From an uncultured delta proteobacterium (GTDB lineage Bacteria; Myxococcota; B64-G9), in contig CAVWHX010000012.1 of assembly GCA_963754925.1 (NCBI GenBank), positions 32,001 through 96,000 on the forward strand: DNA of 64,000 nucleotides, written 5' to 3'. Of this stretch, positions 9,702 through 18,701 are shown piece after piece. Positions within the stretch are counted from its first letter, which is position 1, and every line of letters begins with the position of its first letter. Under the pieces are notes generated by a model. That model was given only the letters and a program-made list of their open reading frames with translations, did no database searches and was not told the origin of the DNA. Made by a program: the position numbers and the translations under genes.

Positions 9702-9708
9702 TAGAAAT

Positions 9709-10467
9709 ATGTTTTCCGACCGTCAGGTTATCGAGGTCTTCCATCTCCACTTTGTCCGACTCTTGTGCGCCGGGGCGGACAAAAGCTATTTCGCCATAAA
9801 GGGCGGCTGCAACTTGCGCTTCTTCTTCGATAGTATTCGTTACTCGGAAGATCTCGATCTCGATGTCATCAAGCTACCGGTCCATGTACTCAAAGAGCGG
9901 GTCTCAAAAATACTCGGGGGTGCGGCGCTATCCTTACCACTCAAGAGCCGCGGGCTCAGCGTAGGGGACGTTAGCGCACCGAAGCAGACGGAAACAACTC
10001 AGCGCTGGAAGGTAGGCCTTGTTGCTGAGGGACGTGCGATGCCGCTCCATACCAAGATCGAGTTCTCCCGCCGGGGAGCAACCGACGAGGCGAAGATCGA
10101 ACCCGTCGCTGCGGCGGTCTTGGCCGAGTACCAGCTGATGCCCTTTCTCGTATCGCACTATCCACTGGATGCGGCGTTGCGGCAGAAGGTTTCCGCGCTG
10201 GTAGGGCGCAGCGTTGTGCAGGCACGCGACGTCTTCGACCTCGGGGTCCTGTTCGCCAGGGCGAGCGGAAAGGTTGAAGCGCTTCACGGTCACAGCGAAG
10301 ATCTCTCCAAGGCGATCGAGCGGGCCATGGATGTATCATACGGCGACTTCAAGTCTCAGGTGGCGTCATACCTCAAACCCGAGCACCTGGATACCTACGG
10401 CACTCGTGAGGCGTGGGAAACGCTGCAGGCTCAGGTGGTGGAGCTGCTTATGAAAGCAATGTCATGA
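9709..10467 (+). CDS. abiEii: AbiEii/AbiGii-family nucleotidyltransferase toxin (type IV TA)
   Basis: KGGCNLRFF, RYSEDLDLD, KIEFS, QK and RDVFDL motifs. Confidence 0.88.
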   Translation: MFSDRQVIEVFHLHFVRLLCAGADKSYFAIKGGCNLRFFFDSIRYSEDLDLDVIKLPVHVLKERVSKILGGAALSLPLKSRGLSVGDVSAPKQTETTQRWKVGLVAEGRAMPLHTKIEFSRRGATDEAKIEPVAAAVLAEYQLMPFLVSHYPLDAALRQKVSALVGRSVVQARDVFDLGVLFARASGKVEALHGHSEDLSKAIERAMDVSYGDFKSQVASYLKPEHLDTYGTREAWETLQAQVVELLMKAMS

Positions 10468-11084
10468 ACGCGCGAGAAGCCCTGGGTCGGCTTCAAAGCC
10501 TTCGTTTGCCGGCGGTGACCACGGCGGATGCAGCCGCAGTCCTCGGGCTCTCCATCGAGGCCGCGAGCCATGCACTGCGGCGACTCGCTCTATCGGGCCT
10601 CATCACCTCCGTGCGCAAGGGCCTCTGGGCTTTGAGTAACCGGCCCGATCCGTTTGTTCTCGCGGAGCACGTGACTGCCCCCTACCCGAGCTACCTCTCG
10701 CTCCAGACTGCCCTCTATCAGCGGGGTATGATCATGCAGATTCCGACGATGATCTATGTTGTTTCCCTCGGCCGCGGTGGGCGCATCGAGACGAAGATCG
10801 GAACCTACAGCGTACATCACGTCCAGCCGGAGATTTTCGGTGGTTTCGAATCCGTAGCAGGGTCGGGAATCAAGCTAGCGCTTCCCGAGAAGGCGCTCGT
10901 TGATTTTCTGTATCTATCGCCAACCCGTGGCCGGCTCTTTACCACGACGCCCGAGTTAGAGTTGACACCCGTCTTTCGGCGAAAAGCAGCACGGGAGTGG
11001 GTCCGACGGATCCCTTCACGACGCCTGCGAAACCTCGTCAAACAGAGGTTGGAGCGTCTGCTGAACCGCAATGAAATGGCATAA
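10464..11084 (+). CDS. abiEi: AbiEi-family antitoxin / transcriptional regulator
   Basis: N-terminal winged-helix-like region (RKGLW), PSYLSLQTAL, PEKALVDFLYL; ATGA coupling to the toxin gene. Confidence 0.85.
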   Translation: MNAREALGRLQSLRLPAVTTADAAAVLGLSIEAASHALRRLALSGLITSVRKGLWALSNRPDPFVLAEHVTAPYPSYLSLQTALYQRGMIMQIPTMIYVVSLGRGGRIETKIGTYSVHHVQPEIFGGFESVAGSGIKLALPEKALVDFLYLSPTRGRLFTTTPELELTPVFRRKAAREWVRRIPSRRLRNLVKQRLERLLNRNEMA

Positions 11085-11262
11085 TATGGGTCCTGGAAAG
11101 GTACAACTGCGTTTACCGGTGGGAATCCTAAAAGATGCGGTTCTTTTTGAGGCGTATGTAAAGGAGAACAGCAAACAAGGGAAACGAATGCTTGCCAGAT
11201 TCAAGACGCATCTTCAACTGGTACGACTTGGCAGATTTACCGAGCGTGGGAGGTTGCCATGA
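11071..11262 (+). pseudogene. probable 5'-truncated RelE/HigB-like toxin
   Basis: EMKWHNMGPGKVQLRL...EAYVKEN resembles the C-terminal half of RelE-type toxins; ATGA overlap with the downstream HTH gene; GC falls sharply here. Confidence 0.4.
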
Positions 11263-11765
11263 AAAACGCTACCGCCGAAAAAAATGACTCCAGAGAATTC
11301 TCTGAGCTTCTTGATATTGCAAAGCTAATGTTAAAGAAAGGACTTCCAGAGAAGTTTGTAAAAAGTGCATTTCTAACCGCGACAAAATTCGATGGAGTAT
11401 ATGATCTTCTAATTCTTTGGAGAGACGAAGATGACATAAAAGAACGTGAGGAGATCGTCGCCGACATACAAGACATGATAGACGACTGCTCACAGCAAGC
11501 GCATTTAGAAGCCGCCTATATAAAGTTCAATGACATCGAAAAGATAGCGAACGATATCAGAAGATTCAAAGATAACCTTCTTATGGTTGTTCAAGAGAAG
11601 GGCGGCATCAAGGAACTATCCCGGTTATCCGGTATACCTAAGTCATCGCTCTCGAGATTCTTTAACTCAAATTCAATGCCAAGAAGGTCTACTCTCCTCA
11701 GAATTCAAAACGCACTTAAATTGAGTGCTGTCCAGATAGCCAGTGAGTGGTCAAGAGATCAATGA
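11259..11765 (+). CDS. XRE-family HTH protein, probable antitoxin
   Basis: C-terminal GGIKELSRLSGIPKSSLSRFFN...PRRSTLLRI helix-turn-helix; GGAGG RBS. Confidence 0.75.
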   Translation: MKNATAEKNDSREFSELLDIAKLMLKKGLPEKFVKSAFLTATKFDGVYDLLILWRDEDDIKEREEIVADIQDMIDDCSQQAHLEAAYIKFNDIEKIANDIRRFKDNLLMVVQEKGGIKELSRLSGIPKSSLSRFFNSNSMPRRSTLLRIQNALKLSAVQIASEWSRDQ

Positions 11766-11787
11766 AAATTATGAACCTCCGTGGGGT

Positions 11788-11831
11788 TTAAAGGCGTCAG
11801 CAATGTCGAGCGCATTCAGGGTTGACTCGAA
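11788..11831 (+). repeat. right copy of the 44-bp direct repeat (att-like)
   Basis: TTAAAGGCGTCAGCAATGTCGAGCGCATTCAGGGTTGACTCGAA, encoding KGVSNVERIQG-stop; the last 27 nt are identical to the left copy. Confidence 0.85.
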
Positions 11832-11845
11832 CCAAACGCCACCGC

Positions 11846-12275
11846 TTACGACTTGTATATTTCCGTGCTATACGTCTTCACCCAGTGCTTTTTCAGCACT
11901 TCTTTGGCTTCCTGAATTTTGTCGACGTTAAGAATGATGATTGCCTCTTCGCCCTTGAGATAAATAAAGGGATACATGCAGTCGATGTTGACCTTTACCT
12001 CTATCAGCGGACGCAGGATGGCATTAAGCCCGCCCGGGTGATCGGGGGCGGCGACGGCGATGACTTCTTTCGTGGATACCGTGAATTTATTTATTTGCAG
12101 CACCTTCGCGGCTCGATTGGGATCGTCGACTATCATGTGCACCTGCACCTGGTTTGATGCCGGGGCGGCCATGATCGCTTTTATGTTTATCTGTTCTTTC
12201 TCGAGGAGCGAGCTTGCCCGATACAGACTGCCCGGTGAATTATCAAGCAGTTATGGAAACTTGGGTTATGGACAT
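11846..12275 (-). CDS. tandem ACT-domain protein (apparent +1 frameshift near 12251)
   Basis: ATG at 12275 gives MSITQVSI; removing one base continues LLDNSPGSLY...INIKAIMAAP...DHPGGL. Confidence 0.8.
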
Positions 12276-12320
12276 AATATTCCTTTCATCAGATTAGGAG
12301 GCTAACCCTCGGTTGTGAGT

Positions 12321-12860
12321 CTATTTGAATGGGAACCCGTCGTATCCGGCCTGAATGGCGCGAATGCTCGATTCCGCGGCCTTCTTCTTGGATCCCATCA
12401 TCATTTCGATGCTCTCAAAAACCGTTTTTAGCTTTATGATCTTGATCATCTGTACCAGCGCTCCCAACATAATCATGTTGGCGGAACGTTCGCTGCCTAT
12501 CTTACGAGCCATACTGTTTACCGGAACCGCAAACATTTCAATGTCACCTCGCTCCGGCACAAAATCCACCAGATTTTCGTTGTACAGGAGCTGCCCGCCT
12601 GGTTCAAGACTGCTGATATACGCGATGAGGGACGGCTGGTTCATGGCCACTAAAACGTCCGGTTTGGATGCGATCGGCGATGCCACCTCCTCATCGGAGA
12701 CACACACCGTGCAGTTGGCTGTGCCGCCCCGCATGGCGGCGCCGTAAGCAGGCATAAAGGTGACGAAATAGTTATCCAGCATGGCGGCGTTCCCCAGTAC
12801 GTTGCCGATAGTCAGGACGCCTTGCCCTCCGGAACCTGAGGTAAAAATCTTTATCAGCAT
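12321..12860 (-). CDS. 2-oxoacid:ferredoxin oxidoreductase gamma subunit
   Basis: GSGGQGVL, YGAAMRGGTANC, ANMIMLGA. Confidence 0.92.
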   Translation of the reverse strand: MLIKIFTSGSGGQGVLTIGNVLGNAAMLDNYFVTFMPAYGAAMRGGTANCTVCVSDEEVASPIASKPDVLVAMNQPSLIAYISSLEPGGQLLYNENLVDFVPERGDIEMFAVPVNSMARKIGSERSANMIMLGALVQMIKIIKLKTVFESIEMMMGSKKKAAESSIRAIQAGYDGFPFK

Positions 12861-12861
12861 A

Positions 12862-13614
12862 TCAATCCTTTCTACTTCTCTTGTCGGTCAACACCCCCAA
12901 CGGAAACTCTTTCGTCATCACCTCGGTCACCCACTTGAAGGAATCCACAGGCGTCAGTTTCCAGTTTGTCGGACAAGGCGACAATACCTCAATGATTGAA
13001 TAGCCCAGCCCATCAACCTGGGTCTGGAAGGCGGTAGTTATCGCCTTCTTGGTCTTGCGGATCCCGGACGGTCCGTCGATGGCGACACGCTCGGCGTATA
13101 CGACACCGGGAAGTTGCGACACGATGTCCGTAATATGAAGCGGATATCCGTCATACTTCGGGTCGCGGCCCAGCGGCGTGGTGGTGGTTTTCATGCCGAC
13201 CAGTGTGGTGGGCGCGAGCTGTCCGCCGGTCATACCGTAGACCGCATTATTGATAAAGATGACGGAGATATTCTCGCCGCGGTTGGCCGAGTGAATCGTC
13301 TCCGCGGTTCCTATGGCGCTGAGGTCGCCGTCGCCCTGGTAGGTGAAGACGAACAAGTCCGGCCTGGAACGCTTGATGCCGGTTGCCATGGCGGTGCCCC
13401 GGCCATGGGCTGATTCGATCATGTCAACGTCAAAATAGAAGTAGGCCAGCACCGCGCACCCGGCCGGATTCACGCCGATAGCGCGTTTGCCGAGGTCCAT
13501 CTCCTCGAGCACCTCGGCAACGATGCGGTGGGCGATGCCGTGGCCGCAACCGGCACAGTAGTGGGTCGCCACGTCTTTCTTGTAATAGTGGGGCCATTTA
13601 TTTTTGAGCTTCAT
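12862..13614 (-). CDS. 2-oxoacid:ferredoxin oxidoreductase beta (TPP-binding) subunit
   Basis: HYCAGCGHG, YQGDGD...NNAVYGMTGGQ, SPCPTNW. Confidence 0.93.
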   Translation of the reverse strand: MKLKNKWPHYYKKDVATHYCAGCGHGIAHRIVAEVLEEMDLGKRAIGVNPAGCAVLAYFYFDVDMIESAHGRGTAMATGIKRSRPDLFVFTYQGDGDLSAIGTAETIHSANRGENISVIFINNAVYGMTGGQLAPTTLVGMKTTTTPLGRDPKYDGYPLHITDIVSQLPGVVYAERVAIDGPSGIRKTKKAITTAFQTQVDGLGYSIIEVLSPCPTNWKLTPVDSFKWVTEVMTKEFPLGVLTDKRSRKD

Positions 13615-14681
13615 TTCGCTGCCTTCACTTTGCTCTTGTATTCACGGTAGATGATTCGGGCGAACTCCATCGGCGTGGGCACCACGCCACCCGGCCTGCC
13701 GTGGAAGGTAATATCGGCCTTTCCCTCAAGAGCGATCTGGACATCTTCAAGCATCTGGCCGGTGCTCATCTCGAAGACCACAAACTTATTCACCCGAGAG
13801 GCCAGCTTGTTTATGGCCTTTTTCGGAAACGGCCAGAGGGTGATGGGCCGGATGAGACCCGCGCGAACGCCGTCTTTGCGCACCCGTTTGATGGCGCCCT
13901 TGGCGATGCGCGCCGTGGTGCCGTAGGCGATGACGATTATGTCGGCGTCATTGACCATATATTCTTCGAATTGTATTTCGTTCTTTTCTATTTCGTTTAA
14001 CTTGCGAACCAGCTTCCAGTTGTGCCGCTCCATCTCCATGGTGTCGAGAATCAGCGAGCACATATAACGACTCGGGCCGGTGCCCCGACCCTTGAGGGCC
14101 CATTCCTTGTCCGGCAGCTTCTTTACCGGTTCGGGAAAAACCACCGGCTCTTTCATTTGTCCCATCATCCCATCAGACAGCATCAGCACCGGCGTCCGGT
14201 ACTTATCGGCGATATCGAAGGCTTGGTAGGTGAGGTCCGCGATTTCCTGAACTGAGGCGGGAGCGTAGACCGGCGTCCGATAATCACCATGCCCGCCGCC
14301 GCGGGTAGCTTGGAAGTAGTCGCCCTGCGATGGCGCGATGTTGCCCAGGCCCGGCCCGCCGCGCATTATGTTGACAATCACCGCCGGAAGCTCGAATGCG
14401 GCCAGGAACGATATTCCTTCCTGCTTGAGGCTGATGCCGGGGCTGGACGACGAAGTCATGACCCGGGCGCCGGTGCAGGCCGCTCCGATGACCATATTGA
14501 TGGCCGCGGTCTCACTCTCGGACTGGATGAACACGCCCCCCGCTTTCCGCATATGCTCGGCCATATATTCCCCAATTTCGTTCTGCGGCGTGATGGGGTA
14601 ACCGAAGTAGCACTTGCATCCGGCCCGGAGGGAGGCCTCGGCGAAGGCGTGGTTGCCGCTGATGAAGATTTTATCCATCAT
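13611..14681 (-). CDS. 2-oxoacid:ferredoxin oxidoreductase alpha subunit (2-ketoisovalerate/VorB-like)
   Basis: GYPITPQ, QSESE, SSSPGISLKQE, RGGPGLG. Confidence 0.93.
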   Translation of the reverse strand: MMDKIFISGNHAFAEASLRAGCKCYFGYPITPQNEIGEYMAEHMRKAGGVFIQSESETAAINMVIGAACTGARVMTSSSSPGISLKQEGISFLAAFELPAVIVNIMRGGPGLGNIAPSQGDYFQATRGGGHGDYRTPVYAPASVQEIADLTYQAFDIADKYRTPVLMLSDGMMGQMKEPVVFPEPVKKLPDKEWALKGRGTGPSRYMCSLILDTMEMERHNWKLVRKLNEIEKNEIQFEEYMVNDADIIVIAYGTTARIAKGAIKRVRKDGVRAGLIRPITLWPFPKKAINKLASRVNKFVVFEMSTGQMLEDVQIALEGKADITFHGRPGGVVPTPMEFARIIYREYKSKVKAAK

Positions 14682-14690
14682 AAACTCCGA

Positions 14691-14866
14691 TTATCCCTTT
14701 AGGGGTTAGAGACTGTTACGAGCGAAGCGAGTTGCAGTCTCTTATCCCTTTAGGGATAAGCGCCCGTCCACAGGATAAGAGCTTGTAATTCGCTCCGCTC
14801 ATAACAAGCTCTAATAACGCTCGCTTCCCTGTCGACGACAGGTCGCTCGCTAACGGGCGCTTATCC
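14691..14866. repeat. nested cluster of two-hairpin palindromic elements
   Basis: TTATCCCTTTAGGG hairpins with stems GAGACTG/CAGTCTC, GAGCTTGT/ACAAGCTC and outer GATAAGCGCCCGT/ACGGGCGCTTATC. Confidence 0.85.
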
Positions 14867-15124
14867 ATCGTACACCTCGATACTTACCTCGGGGCATACC
14901 AGCGTGCAGATCATGCACCCCGCGCATTGGTCCATGTCGGCCGGGTCGGCGTAATGGTAGCCAGCTTTATTGAGGTGCTCGGATTCCTTCAGGACATTCT
15001 TGTTGCAATAGGCGATGCAGAGGCCGCATCCCTTACAATATTCTTTTCGTACCGTAATTTTGCACCGTTGCTTCGTAGAACCTGCGGCATGTGCACTTAC
15101 CGTTGTGGTGCCTTTCGTAGGCAT
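14861..15124 (-). CDS. 2x[4Fe-4S] ferredoxin (oxidoreductase delta subunit)
   Basis: CKGCGLCIAYC and CAGCMICTLVCP; GGGAG RBS. Confidence 0.92.
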   Translation of the reverse strand: MPTKGTTTVSAHAAGSTKQRCKITVRKEYCKGCGLCIAYCNKNVLKESEHLNKAGYHYADPADMDQCAGCMICTLVCPEVSIEVYDG

Positions 15125-15223
15125 AAGAACTCCCTAGCGGCAATGGTACAGCGGATCTTTTGGATCTTTTTTTGGAGGAGCCGCTTTGTGTTTGGCTGCG
15201 ATTTTTGTCATGGTTCTGGGTTC

Positions 15224-18200
15224 TCACATACTCCTGCGATACTGGCCACCCACGTGGTACAGGGCGTCCGTTATCTGCCCGATACTGCAGAACCGCACCG
15301 TGTTCATGAGCTCGGTAAAAATGTTTTCTCCAGATAATGCGACCTGTTGCAGGCGCTTGAGAGCGCCCGGCGCATCTTTTTCATTCAGCTGGTGGAATTC
15401 AGCGAGGCGCGTAAGCTGCGATTGCTTTTCTTCCTCGGTTGCCCGGGCTAATTCAATCTTTATCGACTTGTCGTCGCAGGTTACCTCACTATCGAGGAAG
15501 GTATTGACGCCGATGATGGGCAGACAGCCGGTGTGTTTCTGGTGCTCGTAGTAGATCGATTCCTCCTGGATTTCACTTCGCTGGTAGCCCTTTTCCATGG
15601 CCCCCAACACTCCTCCCCGTTCGGTAATGCGGTCGAATTCGGAGAGCACCGCATCCTCGACCAGGCGGGTAAGCTCCTCCACAATGAAGCTTCCCTGCTC
15701 CGGATTTTCATTACGTGCCAGGCCCCATTCCCGGTTGATGATTTGCTGGATGGCAAGCGCCCGCCGCACCGACTCCCGGCACGGGGTCGTAATGGCTTCG
15801 TCATAGGCATTGGTGTGAAGGCTGTTGCAGTTGTCATAGACGGCGCAGAGCGCCTGCAGGGTGGTCCGGATGTCATTGAACTGGATCTCCTGGCTGTGGA
15901 GCGACCGGCCCGACGTCTGAATGTGGTACTTGAGCATCTGCGAGCGCGGACCCGCCTGGTATTTGTCGCGCATGGCCACTGCCCATATGCGCCGAGCCAC
16001 CCGGCCGATCACGGTGTACTCAGGATCCATGCCATTGGAGAAGAAAAATGACAGGTTGGGCGCAAAGCTGTCGACGGGCATACCCCGCGACAGGTAGTAT
16101 TCGACATAGGTAAAGCCGTTGGCAAGGGTGAAGGCAAGCTGGGTGATGGGATTGGCGCCCGCCTCGGCGATGTGGTACCCGGATATGGATACCGAGTACA
16201 GGTTGCGCACGTTATTCTCGATGAAGTACTGCTGAATATCCCCCATCATCTTGAGGGCGAAGTCTATCGAGAAAATGCAGGTGTTCTGCCCCTGATCTTC
16301 CTTAAGGATATCCGCTTGCACGGTGCCGCGCACACTTGAGAGCACCGTGGCGCGGATTGCCTCATACTCGTCTTTGTTCGGGACCCTGCCCCGGTCGGCT
16401 ACGAACCGCTCCACCTGCTGGTCTATGGCGGTGTTCAGAAACATGGCCAGAATAATGGGCGCCGGCCCGTTGATGGTCATGGAAACTGACGTGTTGGGCG
16501 AGCACAGATCGAAACCGCCGTAGAGCACCTTCACGTCCTCCAGCGTGCACACGCTCACGCCCGACGTTCCGACTTTGCCGTATATATCCGGGCGCCGATC
16601 CGGATCGCGGCCGTAGAGCGTCACCGAATCAAACGCCGTACTGAGGCGCTTGGCCTCGAAATTCGCCTGAAGCAGATGGAACCGGGCGTTGGTCCGCTTT
16701 GGATCGCCCTCACCGGCGAACATCCGGGTGGGATACTCGTTCATCCGTTTCAAGGGGAACACGCCCGCCGTAAACGGAAACCGTCCCGGCACGTTTTCCT
16801 CGCGCAGCCAGCGATAGATCTCGCCGGGGTCGCGAAACCGCGGTAGGGCGATCTTCGGAATCTTCTTACGCGCGAGCGATTCGTAATAGAGCGGCGTTTT
16901 TATTTCTTGGTCGCGCACCTGGTAGGTAAATTCATCTTTTCGATAATCCTCCTGCATGCTCGCCCACTGGCTGAGAAGAAGTTTCGTGTCGGCAAAAACG
17001 TGTTCCTCCGCTTTAGCGGCTCCACGACTCAATCGCTCCTCCACCGCGGTATCGCGGGCTCCCTGTTCCTGTATCGCCCGCGCCGCCTCGCGCAGATGCC
17101 ACACGTTCCTCACCACCTCGGCCTGCTCTTCAGTTCGTTGGTGATAGGCCCGTAGGGTGTCGGCTATTTCAGCCAGGTAGCGCGTGCGCTGGGGCGGGAT
17201 GATAATGGTCTTTGACGAAGAAGTCCTCCGCTCAGACCGGGGCAGGTGCGCGGCGTACCGGGTGCCTTTCTTCGCATCAATAAGGCCCAACAGATAGTGA
17301 TAGAGCGCCGTTACGCCGTCGTCATTAAAACGCGAGGCGATGGTGCCGAAGACCGGCATTTCCTCCAGGGGCGTATCGAACGCTTTTCGGTTCCTTTGAA
17401 CCTGTTTGCGTACATCGCGCAGCGCGTCATTGGCCCCCTCTTTTTCGAACTTATTGATCACCACCGCGTCAGCGTAATCGAGCATGGTTATCTTTTCCAG
17501 CTGGGAGGCGGCGCCGTACTCGCTCGTCATAACATAGACGGATACATCGGCGATGTCGGTAAGACCGGCGCTCCCCTGTCCCACGCCGGCCGTTTCGGCG
17601 ATGGCCAGATCGAACCCAGCCGCCTTGACGATACGGAGAGCATCGGCAAGAGCATCCGAAAAGTCTGCATTGAGATGATTCGCCGCGAACGAGCGCATGT
17701 ACACCCGCTTGCTTGCGATGGCGTTCATGCGGATGCGGTCGCCGAGAAGCGCCCCGCCGCTCCTGCGCTTTGCAGGGTCGCTGCACATGACCGCCACCCG
17801 TACCTCGCTGAAATCGCGTAAGAGGCGCACAATGATCTCGTCGATAAGCGAAGACTTGCCCGCGCCGCCCGTGCCGGTAATGCCGATCACCGGCATGGTC
17901 CGACCGGCGGCTTTGTGCTCAATCGCTCTAATCATTTCCTTGTACCGTGAGCCGTCACGATTCCGCGCTATCTCCGCCATGGTGATTATGCGCGCGATGC
18001 TCCCCTTATTCTCCGGCGCCAGACTGGAAACGTCGTGGTCAACGACATCCGGTGTCGGATAATCGATGCATCCCAGAAGATGATTGATTATGCCCTGAAG
18101 CCCCAATCGGGTGCCGTGTTCAGGGGTGTAAATTTTCTTAACACCGTACGCTTCCAGATCGCGGACTTCTTCGGGGACAATCACGCCCCCTCCCCCACCA

Positions 18201-18583
18201 AAAACTTGTATATGCCCGGCACCCTTGTCTCTCAAGAGATCGATAAGGTATTTGAAAAACTCCATATGGCCGCCTTGGTAGCTCGACACGGCTATTCCCT
18301 GAACGTCTTCCTCGATGGCGGCGTATACGATGTCATCCACGGAACGGTTATGCCCGAGATGTATGACCTCGGCGCCAGTTTCCTGCAATATTCTTCTGAA
18401 GATATTGATTGCCACGTCGTGGCCGTCAAAAAGCGACGTGGCGGTGACCACTCGAATTCGATTCTTCAGTTTATAGATTTCATCTTCCGAGGGTATGGCC
18501 GCGACAGCGTTTGGCTCCTTCAGGCTGGATGTAGTTCTCATGCAGTATGAATTCCTCCTTACGAAAGGCCTAAGATTAGCCAT
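15224..18583 (-). CDS. icmF: fused isobutyryl-CoA mutase / MeaB-like GTPase
   Basis: B12-binding SLFDGHD, P-loop GTGGAGKSS, INKF, mutase domain with RMFAG (Phe where MCM has Tyr), ISGYHIAEAGA. Confidence 0.93.
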   Translation of the reverse strand: MANLRPFVRRNSYCMRTTSSLKEPNAVAAIPSEDEIYKLKNRIRVVTATSLFDGHDVAINIFRRILQETGAEVIHLGHNRSVDDIVYAAIEEDVQGIAVSSYQGGHMEFFKYLIDLLRDKGAGHIQVFGGGGGVIVPEEVRDLEAYGVKKIYTPEHGTRLGLQGIINHLLGCIDYPTPDVVDHDVSSLAPENKGSIARIITMAEIARNRDGSRYKEMIRAIEHKAAGRTMPVIGITGTGGAGKSSLIDEIIVRLLRDFSEVRVAVMCSDPAKRRSGGALLGDRIRMNAIASKRVYMRSFAANHLNADFSDALADALRIVKAAGFDLAIAETAGVGQGSAGLTDIADVSVYVMTSEYGAASQLEKITMLDYADAVVINKFEKEGANDALRDVRKQVQRNRKAFDTPLEEMPVFGTIASRFNDDGVTALYHYLLGLIDAKKGTRYAAHLPRSERRTSSSKTIIIPPQRTRYLAEIADTLRAYHQRTEEQAEVVRNVWHLREAARAIQEQGARDTAVEERLSRGAAKAEEHVFADTKLLLSQWASMQEDYRKDEFTYQVRDQEIKTPLYYESLARKKIPKIALPRFRDPGEIYRWLREENVPGRFPFTAGVFPLKRMNEYPTRMFAGEGDPKRTNARFHLLQANFEAKRLSTAFDSVTLYGRDPDRRPDIYGKVGTSGVSVCTLEDVKVLYGGFDLCSPNTSVSMTINGPAPIILAMFLNTAIDQQVERFVADRGRVPNKDEYEAIRATVLSSVRGTVQADILKEDQGQNTCIFSIDFALKMMGDIQQYFIENNVRNLYSVSISGYHIAEAGANPITQLAFTLANGFTYVEYYLSRGMPVDSFAPNLSFFFSNGMDPEYTVIGRVARRIWAVAMRDKYQAGPRSQMLKYHIQTSGRSLHSQEIQFNDIRTTLQALCAVYDNCNSLHTNAYDEAITTPCRESVRRALAIQQIINREWGLARNENPEQGSFIVEELTRLVEDAVLSEFDRITERGGVLGAMEKGYQRSEIQEESIYYEHQKHTGCLPIIGVNTFLDSEVTCDDKSIKIELARATEEEKQSQLTRLAEFHQLNEKDAPGALKRLQQVALSGENIFTELMNTVRFCSIGQITDALYHVGGQYRRSM

Positions 18584-18701
18584 GAGTTCACGTTCTAGTC
18601 AATGATCGGGATTGCTCCTGCAGGGTTGAACGGTCAGATTGGCGTTGACAGTTTCCTTTCAACTACGTAGACTCACGTTCATCTTTTCGAAGGAGCGTGC
18701 C

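Noticed and set aside
11788..11845. GGTTCGAGTC on the minus strand as a tRNA/tmRNA fragment
   Set aside because: No cloverleaf can be formed, and the repeat is better explained as a protein-coding 3' end on the plus strand.
14691..14866. Repeats as a CRISPR array or integron attC sites
   Set aside because: No regular repeat-spacer period, no cas or intI gene, no RYYYAAC/GTTRRRY boxes, and the copies are dispersed and nested.
15124..15211. In-frame TAG upstream of the ferredoxin gene, plus the gltJ TAG, as evidence of amber recoding
   Set aside because: The ferredoxin ATG at 15124 has its own RBS, and many genes here end normally at TAG (dnaE2, osmC, lipB, the radical SAM ending at 9390).
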